Below, piece after piece: positions 7,595 through 15,896 of a stretch of DNA of 17,803 bases. Source of the DNA: an uncultured archaeon (GTDB taxonomy: Archaea > Asgardarchaeota > Lokiarchaeia > Sigyniarchaeales > SOKP01). The stretch's first letter is position 1, and each line of letters starts with the position of its first letter. The translations under genes and the position numbers were made by a program. The stretch covers positions 1 to 17,803 of the forward strand of contig CAYUTF010000017.1 of the NCBI GenBank assembly GCA_964447495.1, written 5' to 3'. A model generated the notes under the pieces. It was not told the origin of the DNA and did not search any database. It saw nothing but the letters and a program-made list of their open reading frames with translations.

Positions 7595-7894
7595 GTGAGT
7601 GAAATTCAAGAAACAGATAAACTTATGCGAATAATGGCAATTATAAGCGGAATAATTGCTTTAGCAGAATCCGTTTTACAATTATTTAATATAGGTATTT
7701 TACCCTATAGTTTTGGCTGGATAGGTAGCCTTATTGGCATAATTTGTTCTATAGTTATAATATTTTTGGGTATAAGACCAATCCATTACACTCCTGTGAT
7801 TCTTGGAATATTAGGCGTGTTCTTAATAATACTAGCTATCTTGATAGGCGGAATCGTGATACTTTTAGCAACATTTATCGGAGCACTTACTTAA
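7595..7894 (+). CDS. Small hydrophobic membrane protein (3-4 TM)
   Basis: GTG start after AAGTGA; almost wholly hydrophobic and Gly-rich; T-tract follows at about 7914-7926. Confidence 0.75.
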   Translation: MSEIQETDKLMRIMAIISGIIALAESVLQLFNIGILPYSFGWIGSLIGIICSIVIIFLGIRPIHYTPVILGILGVFLIILAILIGGIVILLATFIGALT

Positions 7895-8032
7895 ACGCAT
7901 ACATCCTAAATTATTTTCTTTTTTTCATTCTCTTTTATGTTTGAGGTTTTTTGGAAGAAGTTAATATTTGATAGCAAGAACTTTTATATTCATGATAAAA
8001 AATTAATATATATATTATTTGAGGTGAAATAG

Positions 8033-8860
8033 ATGGATTTAAATCTCAATACTCGAATTGAATTGAATAATGGTATCCGTATTCCAATCATTGGATTAGG
8101 TACTTGGCTTCTTTCAAGAGACAGTGCTTATAACGCTGTTTTATGGGCATTAGAAATGGGATATCGGTTAATTGATACTGCAACTATTTATGGTAATGAA
8201 AGAAAAGTCGGAAAAGCGATAAATGCTAGTGGCATTCCTCGTGATGAGATATTTATCACATCTAAAGTATGGAAATCTGACCAAGGATACGAGAATACGC
8301 TAACTGCTTTTGATAAAAGTCTTAAAAAGCTGGGTTTAGAGTATTTGGATCTTTATTTAATACATTGGCCTGTTCCAGAGAAATCAATAGAAACTTGGAA
8401 GGCACTAGAACGGTTGTATAATGAAGGAAAAACACGAGCAATCGGAGTTAGTAATTATAATCTACATTTTTTAAATGAATTACTCAGAAGTACTTCGAAA
8501 GTTCCTATGATTAATCAAGTTGAATTCTCACCATTCCTCTATCAAAAAGAATTATTAAATTTTTGTAAAACTAAGAAAATCTACCTAGAAGCATATTCTC
8601 CGTTGACGAGAGCGACAAAATTAAATAATCCAAAAATTCTAGAGCTTTCTAAGAACCACAATAAAACATCTGCTCAGATTATGATTCGTTGGGGTTTGCA
8701 ACACCAAATTATTGAAATTCCAAAATCGGGGAATAAAATACACTTAAAAGAAAACATAAATATCTTTGATTTTAGTTTAAATGAAAGTGAAATGCATGAA
8801 TTAGACAATTTAAATGAGAATTATAGAATAGAGAATGATCCTATCCTTTATTTTGAGTAA
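8033..8860 (+). CDS. Aldo/keto reductase (2,5-DKG / glyoxal reductase-like)
   Basis: GLGTW, IDTATIYGNE, ITSKVW, DLYLIHWP, IGVSN, NQVE, IPKS motifs with the D-Y-K-H tetrad. SD GAGGTGA 5 nt before ATG. Confidence 0.95.
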   Translation: MDLNLNTRIELNNGIRIPIIGLGTWLLSRDSAYNAVLWALEMGYRLIDTATIYGNERKVGKAINASGIPRDEIFITSKVWKSDQGYENTLTAFDKSLKKLGLEYLDLYLIHWPVPEKSIETWKALERLYNEGKTRAIGVSNYNLHFLNELLRSTSKVPMINQVEFSPFLYQKELLNFCKTKKIYLEAYSPLTRATKLNNPKILELSKNHNKTSAQIMIRWGLQHQIIEIPKSGNKIHLKENINIFDFSLNESEMHELDNLNENYRIENDPILYFE

Positions 8861-8886
8861 TTAATATTGAGATTTAGATTTCAAAT

Positions 8887-9753
8887 TTATTTATCAGAAT
8901 AAAGGGAAGTTGCCAATATAAGAGCCCCCTCAATTTCCGAGGATTCACCTACTCTTGAAGTATCTATAATAACATCCTTTAATCCTAGATATATGGCACC
9001 ATACGCTTTACCTCCTCCTAAATGTATAAGAGTTCGATAAATTAAATTCCCCGAAATTCCATTAGGAGCAAGAATTAAATTTGCCTTATTAGAAATTGCT
9101 TTTTCAATTAGAATTTCATCATGAAATATGTTTAAAGCAGGATAAGTGTCCTTAAAATAATTAACAATTTGCTCGGCATCTTTAATCGTCTTGTCAACGG
9201 AGGGATCTCTACCGATATCCCCTTTTCGACCACCACTAAGTACACTAATTTTAGGAGTAATATCCATTAATCTTAATAATTTAAGAGCTCGCTCAAGATA
9301 TGAGATTTTAACTTTTTTAGTATTACATTCATCTATCCCAACGGGTCCAAAAAAGAATTGAGAACCATTGAATGTTTCTAATAATGCCAATCGATTAATT
9401 TCTTGAATGTTTAAAATATTTTTTATAGATTTCAAAAAGCCACCAGAACTCAAACCGCCTCTAATCACGCCCTTAATTTTTTGAGCTTTTAGAAATTCAA
9501 TAATTTCACTTTCAGGATTATCTGTAGTTATGAAATTTATGCTAGACTTAGATATGGAATGAATTTGCTCATGTAATGCTGTCTCCTTATAAAATTTTTG
9601 ACCAAATAAGAAAATTTGAGCTTGATTACAAGAAAGAAATCTAATAATTCCCTTTAAAATAGTTCGATAATGTTCCTGTGAATCTCCAATACCTATTCCT
9701 ATGTTAATTCGCTTGCTTTTAGCTTTTTCTAAGAATTTGTCTAATAGAACCAT
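8887..9753 (-). CDS. mtxX: MtxX / methanogenesis marker protein 4 (phosphotransacetylase-like fold)
   Basis: PVGIDE, LSGGRKGDIGR, ILIEKA, APNGISGNLIYRTL.HLGGG..YGA, DTSR motifs recognised as the MtxX family. Confidence 0.85.
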   Translation of the reverse strand: MVLLDKFLEKAKSKRINIGIGIGDSQEHYRTILKGIIRFLSCNQAQIFLFGQKFYKETALHEQIHSISKSSINFITTDNPESEIIEFLKAQKIKGVIRGGLSSGGFLKSIKNILNIQEINRLALLETFNGSQFFFGPVGIDECNTKKVKISYLERALKLLRLMDITPKISVLSGGRKGDIGRDPSVDKTIKDAEQIVNYFKDTYPALNIFHDEILIEKAISNKANLILAPNGISGNLIYRTLIHLGGGKAYGAIYLGLKDVIIDTSRVGESSEIEGALILATSLYSDK

Positions 9754-9774
9754 TTAAATCATACTTTTATTGTT

Positions 9775-10812
9775 TTAAAAAAAATTATAATACATAAAGG
9801 CTAAGAGAATAGTTAAGGCATCATATAAACCATGAGTTACCATTACAGCTATTAAATTTTCTTTCCTCCAATAAAAAAGTAATCCAAGCATCAATGAAAT
9901 AGCAAAATAGGGAAAAAAGGATAACAAGAAAGAAATTATAAATGTGTTTGGTGATTCGAAATAAATCAAAAACAATCCAATTAAATGGATAAAAGAAAAG
10001 ATAAGAGCAGTTATGATTATACCCCCTTTATTACCTATAGTTCTAACTAACCCTTTTTGCATGAAACCCCGAAATAAGACTTCTTCAGATGTGCCTATCA
10101 CTAATATCATTATGACAATTAAAAGAGTAAGACTTAAAATATCCGCATTAGAGATAATTGCATCAATATCAGTTGTAGAACTCCCTATTTCATAGACAAT
10201 ATCCGTTCCAAAAATTAATTCTAAGAAAAATTCCATGAAAATTGAAGCAAACACTACTAAAAATATGCCAATTCCAGCAAAACTAATTCCTATTAAAATC
10301 TCTTTCAAAACGTCTTTTTTACTATAACCCTTAGTTGTAAACCCTAAGATCATTAATCGATTTTTTATAGAAGGATTCTGAAGAAATTTCCCGACAAATA
10401 ATACAGGTATAAGAATAAATGTTAATTCCGCCACAGAACTTATAATTGTAACATAGGGATTAGTTATTAATCCGGTAATATCCCCACTATTCATGTTAAG
10501 TATTATAATAATTGCTATTAATACAAATGCGACTATATTCATAAAGATAAATGCCCCAAATGAAACTCCTAAAGAACTCAAACTATTCCATAATTTTTGA
10601 TGCTTGAGATTCAATAATTTTTCATCAGAAAGTCTTAGATATGGGGACAAGGGAGCAATATAAGTTTTTGGAATAAAAGCAGGAGGAAGACTCATATGTT
10701 CTTGAACATAATACAGATCGACACCACATTTTATACAAAATTTGACTTTTTTTACCTTTGGAATTTTTTTACCACATATAGGACAAAATGACCAACTTAA
10801 TCCTTGAGTTAT
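9775..10812 (-). CDS. CPBP/CAAX (Rce1/Abi) intramembrane glutamic protease with N-terminal double zinc ribbon
   Basis: EEVLFRG, FSFIH and HGLYD motifs. The frame stays open upstream of the track ATG (10695) and encodes FCPICGKKIPKVKKVKFCIKCG. The proposed start ATA 10812 is an inference. Confidence 0.85.
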   Translation of the reverse strand: MTQGLSWSFCPICGKKIPKVKKVKFCIKCGVDLYYVQEHMSLPPAFIPKTYIAPLSPYLRLSDEKLLNLKHQKLWNSLSSLGVSFGAFIFMNIVAFVLIAIIIILNMNSGDITGLITNPYVTIISSVAELTFILIPVLFVGKFLQNPSIKNRLMILGFTTKGYSKKDVLKEILIGISFAGIGIFLVVFASIFMEFFLELIFGTDIVYEIGSSTTDIDAIISNADILSLTLLIVIMILVIGTSEEVLFRGFMQKGLVRTIGNKGGIIITALIFSFIHLIGLFLIYFESPNTFIISFLLSFFPYFAISLMLGLLFYWRKENLIAVMVTHGLYDALTILLAFMYYNFF

Positions 10813-10976
10813 TAGTTCATCTCCATCATCATAAGGATCTAATTTGTTAGTGTACGTCGAATATCACTTGATCTTATTACTCATTAGTTAATAAATACAA
10901 ACGAAAGTAAATTATTAATTGTTATAGTTTTAATGTATTAAAGTTGATTTAATTTACATTTCATGAATACTGGTTT

Positions 10977-12737
10977 TTAATGGGTAAAGTAACAAAATAA
11001 TTCCTCATGTTCTAATTTGATTGGATTCACAAACCCATATCTTTCAAATTGTATGGGATGATTCATCGGAATACCCAAAAGCCCAATTTCGCCAAATCCA
11101 CTACTTAATTCTCCATCAGGTTTGAGAATTGAGACGGAAATATGTTCCTCTTCTGGAACCCATTGAATAATAGAAAATTCGCGATTTAATTCTCTACTGT
11201 GGAAAATTCCTTGAATAATATTTCGATTTAAATCTATGTTTTTTATTTCTATATTCATTAAATCTTTTAATCTTACTATATTGCGCTTTTTAAGGTTTTT
11301 CACATCTTTTAATGATAAATAAAGATTTAATTTCCCTTTCTTTACAGTAGAAGTAATTATCCTCCTTCCTTTTTTTGGATTAGAGGGCAGTAATAATGGT
11401 TCAGATCGAATTTCTTTTGAAGGTACACTCTCAATAATTAGTTTAACCGGGTCTTGAACAAAGAAATATCTATTTGAACTTTCATCAATTAATTCTTTAT
11501 TTTTTGCATATAACCAATCTACCGAGAAACTGATACCAGATTGCGACATCCCCAAATCTAATAAAGCCTCTCTAAGTGCTTCTGGTTTAATACCCCGGGT
11601 TTTTAATGATTGAAGACTCCATGTCCGGGGATCTTCCCACCCGGTGTAAATTCCTTCTTGGATTTTGTTTCTAGATTCTGTTTTACTTAATTTAAGTTGG
11701 GGAAATCTTAATCTGCCATAATAGAGTAATGATGCTGCTTTCCAACTAAAATGATCCCATACAAATTCTTCAATAATTCCCTCTTTCATTAAATCAATGC
11801 CCCGAATTATGTGAGAAATTCTTAAAAGATGATCGTCAATTGCCCAGGAAAACTCCAACATTGGCCACACTATATATTTGCTACCCACTCTTGGGTGGTT
11901 AGCTTCAGATATACGCATGATTATTTGGTCCCTCAAGGCTGGATCTTTCTGTGTCATTCCTGTTTTCATTCTTACTACCGCTTCTGTTTCGTGATATTTT
12001 CCCTTTAACATGTTTTTCCATTCTTCCATGTTCTTAGAAATAGATTGGTTTCGATGTGGACATTCTTTCTTTAGGTTTTTATATTTTTCTCTAAACTCTG
12101 CAGCATCACAGAAACACACATAAGCCATATCATCTGATATTAATTTTTCACAATATTCATAGAAAATTTCTAGACGATCGCTCTTATAATAAATCTTATC
12201 AATTTTTATACCCAACCATTCAAGACCTTCTTTAATTAACTCATATGCTTCGGGGAGGACATATTTTGCTTTTGGACTATCTCTTAATGATTTAGGACTT
12301 CCAATAGTGTCATCATAAAATAAGATTAATTCCCCATTATATCTTTTCACGTATTCACTATTTAATACAATCATTCTAGCGTTTCCAATATGTAAAGCTC
12401 CACTAGGATATGGTGCCAATCGCATTACAACTTTCTTAAATTTATTTATATCTGGCAAATCAGGTAATACTCTTTTATCCTCAACTGTTCCTTTTTTCTC
12501 TAGAGCTGTTGGATCTAATTGTAGCAATTTTTCCGTTTGTTTTTCGACATCTAAATTTAATATTTCATTAATTACCTCGTCCAAAATAGGCATAATACTT
12601 TTCGATTTAGCTCTTAAATCTTTTCTTTCTGCCATCAATTTTCCCATAACAGCTTTCTTATTAGGTATTCCTCCAAATTCAACTGCATTTTTTAAACCGT
12701 TAATCCATAAGATTTTTTTTACTTCATCAATGTCCAT
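10977..12737 (-). CDS. gltX: Glutamyl-tRNA synthetase (archaeal type)
   Basis: RLAPYPSGALHIGN (HIGH motif), SHIIRGID, LSKT (KMSKS equivalent), GWEDPR, QFERYGF; archaeal N-terminal NAVEFGG domain. Confidence 0.97.
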   Translation of the reverse strand: MDIDEVKKILWINGLKNAVEFGGIPNKKAVMGKLMAERKDLRAKSKSIMPILDEVINEILNLDVEKQTEKLLQLDPTALEKKGTVEDKRVLPDLPDINKFKKVVMRLAPYPSGALHIGNARMIVLNSEYVKRYNGELILFYDDTIGSPKSLRDSPKAKYVLPEAYELIKEGLEWLGIKIDKIYYKSDRLEIFYEYCEKLISDDMAYVCFCDAAEFREKYKNLKKECPHRNQSISKNMEEWKNMLKGKYHETEAVVRMKTGMTQKDPALRDQIIMRISEANHPRVGSKYIVWPMLEFSWAIDDHLLRISHIIRGIDLMKEGIIEEFVWDHFSWKAASLLYYGRLRFPQLKLSKTESRNKIQEGIYTGWEDPRTWSLQSLKTRGIKPEALREALLDLGMSQSGISFSVDWLYAKNKELIDESSNRYFFVQDPVKLIIESVPSKEIRSEPLLLPSNPKKGRRIITSTVKKGKLNLYLSLKDVKNLKKRNIVRLKDLMNIEIKNIDLNRNIIQGIFHSRELNREFSIIQWVPEEEHISVSILKPDGELSSGFGEIGLLGIPMNHPIQFERYGFVNPIKLEHEELFCYFTH

Positions 12738-12888
12738 GTCAATAACTCAATTATGTTTTTTTTCAATTTATCCAATATTATGAATAATAAGAATTATTCT
12801 TTTCAAAAAAAATAAATCATTGTTAAAATTAATATTTACAAAAAAATTAAATAGAATAATATAAAAAAGGAATTATTGGGTTTTTAAT

Positions 12889-13176
12889 ATGTATTATCGT
12901 GGGTATATTTTAATCCGATTAAAGACAATAGGGACTGAATGGAAAGTAGTGAAAAAATTAACAAACCTAAAATCTACTGAAAATTCAGAAGACTGGAAAA
13001 TTACCTATGTTACTCCAATATATGGAGGTTGGGACATAGTAGTCGAGTGCTCCTTTACTAAATTACAGGAATTAGATAAAATTGTCACATTTATACGTGT
13101 TGATGAAGATATATCTTCTTGGATCGAAGAAACAACGACACTAGTATCAAGCAAACCAGATTATCCTAAATCATAA
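12889..13176 (+). CDS. Stand-alone Lrp/AsnC ligand-binding (RAM) domain protein
   Basis: 95 aa, GYILI..GTEWKV..PIYGGWDIVVE..IR..IEETTTLV pattern; no HTH. Confidence 0.75.
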   Translation: MYYRGYILIRLKTIGTEWKVVKKLTNLKSTENSEDWKITYVTPIYGGWDIVVECSFTKLQELDKIVTFIRVDEDISSWIEETTTLVSSKPDYPKS

Positions 13177-13239
13177 ATTATTTATTGAACTTTAATCATT
13201 AAAATTTTAATTTTATTATAATTTAAAAAGAGGATATAA

Positions 13240-13314
13240 GGCCTGGTAGTCCAGCCTGGATAGGGCGCTGGCTTGCGGAGCCAGATATCGAGGGTTCAAA
13301 TCCCCCCCAGGCCA
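13240..13314 (+). tRNA. tRNA-Arg(GCG)
   Basis: Acceptor GGCCTGG/CCAGGCC, D stem GTCC/GGGC, anticodon stem CTGGC/GCCAG with GCG at 13275-13277, T loop TTCAAAT. No intron; CCA not encoded. Confidence 0.95.
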
Positions 13315-13332
13315 TTTATTTGATTCAAAATT

Positions 13333-14082
13333 TTATTCAATATGATTTAAAATCTCAGAAATGTCATTTATCTTAATATAATCAGTTATATTTATTTCTT
13401 GTTCTAATGGAAATTTTATCATGCGTTTACATAAAATGGTTTTTAGACCCGCTCTGTGACCTCCAACGATATCTGCAGACTCATCTCCGCAGATTAGGCA
13501 TGAGTTGGGCTGACTAAGTCCCATCTTTTTAATAGTATAATAAAATATTTCAGTATCTGGTTTTCTCTTGCCAAATTCAGCAGAAGTCACTACTGTATCG
13601 AAATAACGTAATAAATTGTACTTTTTTAATACATTTTCAATGGTTTTATGATGTGGGTGATTGGATAAGACAGCCATTTTAATAGCTTTTATTTTCGAAA
13701 GTGTTTCCAGTGTCTCTCTCGTGTTCTCAAGAGGTATCCATTCTTGTTCTTCATAATAATGATATAAATCAGCTAGTTCATGATAAATTTCTTGATCTAT
13801 TTCCATTAAACTTAATTTCTGCATAACAGTTTGAAATACAGTATGAGTTGGAAATTCTTGTTTTGTTTTTATAATGTTTTTAAAATTAGAATTTCTTTCT
13901 TTTTTAAAAGTTTTGATAAACAAATCTACAGTTTCATTATCCTTAAGAATTTTATATTCCCTTAATTTATCTACGGATTTATCTAATCCTTTCCTATAAC
14001 TATTAAGATACTTCTCTACTGAAGCATCTTTAAATTCAAATAAAGTGAAACCAAAGTCAAAAATAAGTCCTTTTAATTTCAT
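13333..14082 (-). CDS. HAD-superfamily hydrolase, subfamily IA
   Basis: Motif I IFDFGFTL, II VLSN, III RKPD, IV GDESADIVGG. Confidence 0.9.
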   Translation of the reverse strand: MKLKGLIFDFGFTLFEFKDASVEKYLNSYRKGLDKSVDKLREYKILKDNETVDLFIKTFKKERNSNFKNIIKTKQEFPTHTVFQTVMQKLSLMEIDQEIYHELADLYHYYEEQEWIPLENTRETLETLSKIKAIKMAVLSNHPHHKTIENVLKKYNLLRYFDTVVTSAEFGKRKPDTEIFYYTIKKMGLSQPNSCLICGDESADIVGGHRAGLKTILCKRMIKFPLEQEINITDYIKINDISEILNHIE

Positions 14083-14217
14083 TTTTTAACAAGATTTATT
14101 CAATTACAATTTATTTTTTTTTTATAGCCATTTAAAATTATGGTTTTATTAAAGTGTGTTAATATTTTAATAACAAACTAATTTTTAATTTAGTGTTTTA
14201 AGTCTAGATGAGATATT

Positions 14218-14748
14218 ATGTCAATTGAAAAATGGCTTTCTGAGAGAGAATCTGAAGAAATTAAAAAAAAAAAAGAAGAGATGTTTAAAAAGTTACCCAA
14301 AGAGGAGATCGAGAATTTAAAAAAGAAAAGTATTCAAAAAATAGTGAAGAAAGAAGATCTAAAAGAACAAGAAAATGACAAATCAAGCGATTTTCTGAAA
14401 AAAGTCATTGAATTTAAAGACTGGTTAGATGGAAGAACATATCTGAAAGGAGATTTAGATAAAATTGTAATACACATTCAAAATCTTCACAAAAATATAA
14501 TTAAAATGAAAAAAGAAGAAAATTATCAATCGCTTAAAGACTCTATGGATGCTCTGACCAATCTCTATAAAAACATACCACCTTCTTTTTTAGATGAGAA
14601 AACAAGAGTCGCTTTAAATAAGAAATGTAGAGAAATTAAAAGATCTAACTCAGATAATTATTATTTAAGAAAATTAAAAAATACTATCAAAGAAAAGTTA
14701 AATGAAGCGAAATATTATGAGTTTCTTAGAGAACTATTAGATAGTTAA
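14218..14748 (+). CDS. Hypothetical charged, mostly helical protein
   Basis: 176 aa Lys/Glu-rich ORF with SD-like AGATGA; no recognised motif. Confidence 0.7.
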   Translation: MSIEKWLSERESEEIKKKKEEMFKKLPKEEIENLKKKSIQKIVKKEDLKEQENDKSSDFLKKVIEFKDWLDGRTYLKGDLDKIVIHIQNLHKNIIKMKKEENYQSLKDSMDALTNLYKNIPPSFLDEKTRVALNKKCREIKRSNSDNYYLRKLKNTIKEKLNEAKYYEFLRELLDS

Positions 14749-14795
14749 TATTATAATAAATCTCATAATAAGATATATCGTTAAGAATAGAGAAT

Positions 14796-15884
14796 ATGTG
14801 GCTAATCTGTCCAATTGCTGGTGTTGGAAAAAGATTACAACCATTTACTTACTCCAAACCAAAAGCATTTTTAAAAGCTGCGGGAAAAAGAGCAATTGAT
14901 CACATTTTAATTAAATTGAAAAAAACATTTCCCCAAAATACTAATATCTGTTTCATTGTAGGATATAAAAAACGTTTAATTACTGAGTATTTAAAAGAAA
15001 ACTATTCAGATTATTTTAATTTACACTTTGTAGAACAGAAACCATTGGGTTATGATGGAGATACTCCATTCTTTTCAGGATTGGGAGATGCTATATTATT
15101 AACACGAGAATTTGTTGAAAGTGACGATTGCTTTATTTTTTTAAGCGATAGGCTTCCATTAGAAGATTATTCCTCGATTGTTCTTACATATCATCAGTGT
15201 TCATGTGATGGGGTGATTAACGTTAAAAAGGTGAAAAAACCTCATTTTTACGGGGTTACTTTTATTGATGAAAAAGGATATATTACAAAAATTGTTGAGA
15301 AGCCTCAAGAGTTTATATCTGATTTAGCTGTCTCTGGTGCTTATTTATTCGGGAAAAAAATTGTTCCTAAACTATTTGAATTATTAGAAATTCAGAGTAA
15401 AATTGAAATTAACAATGGAGAAGAGCATCCTCTCACTTCTGTTATTGCTCAATTGATAGCACAAGGTGTAAAACTACAGGTTAATAAAATGCAAAACGAG
15501 ATTATAGACTTTGGACGCCCTGAAAGTCTTGTAGATGGAAACCGTTTCTTACTATCAGAACTTAAACTTAAGGATCCGTTATATGAGTATTTGATTCAAT
15601 CAGGAAGTATAAAAGATTCGAAAATTATTCCTCCAGTGTTTATAGGAAAAAATGTAACAATAAGTAATTCTGTTATTGGTCCCAATGTCTCTATGGGAGA
15701 TGATATCATGATCGAAAAATGTTTACTATCAGAATCCGTTATAGGAGACGGAGTCTTTCTTAAAAAAATCATATCTTCTAAAAGTATAATAGGAGATTAC
15801 TCCGTATTAGAAGATTTAATTAAAAATGAAATAACAATTGGAGATTCCACATACATTACTACTTCTAATATGAAATCATTTTAA
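14796..15884 (+). CDS. Sugar-phosphate nucleotidyltransferase (Glc-1-P thymidylyltransferase-like, long form with C-terminal left-handed beta helix)
   Basis: AGVGKRLQPFTYSKPK, GLGDA, VEKP, DFGRPE, and hexapeptide repeats (IIPPVFIG..NSVIGPNVS). Confidence 0.88.
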   Translation: MWLICPIAGVGKRLQPFTYSKPKAFLKAAGKRAIDHILIKLKKTFPQNTNICFIVGYKKRLITEYLKENYSDYFNLHFVEQKPLGYDGDTPFFSGLGDAILLTREFVESDDCFIFLSDRLPLEDYSSIVLTYHQCSCDGVINVKKVKKPHFYGVTFIDEKGYITKIVEKPQEFISDLAVSGAYLFGKKIVPKLFELLEIQSKIEINNGEEHPLTSVIAQLIAQGVKLQVNKMQNEIIDFGRPESLVDGNRFLLSELKLKDPLYEYLIQSGSIKDSKIIPPVFIGKNVTISNSVIGPNVSMGDDIMIEKCLLSESVIGDGVFLKKIISSKSIIGDYSVLEDLIKNEITIGDSTYITTSNMKSF

Positions 15885-15896
15885 AAAAAAAAGAAT

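Noticed and set aside
7744-7944. 66-aa ORF on +
   Set aside because: Alternative frame overlapping the 99-aa membrane protein and running through its terminator tract.
10013-10195. 60-aa ORF on +
   Set aside because: Antisense to the CPBP protease.
6411-13239. tRNA-anchored integrated element between the two tRNAs
   Set aside because: No integrase, no duplicated tRNA 3' end seen, and core genes such as gltX lie inside.
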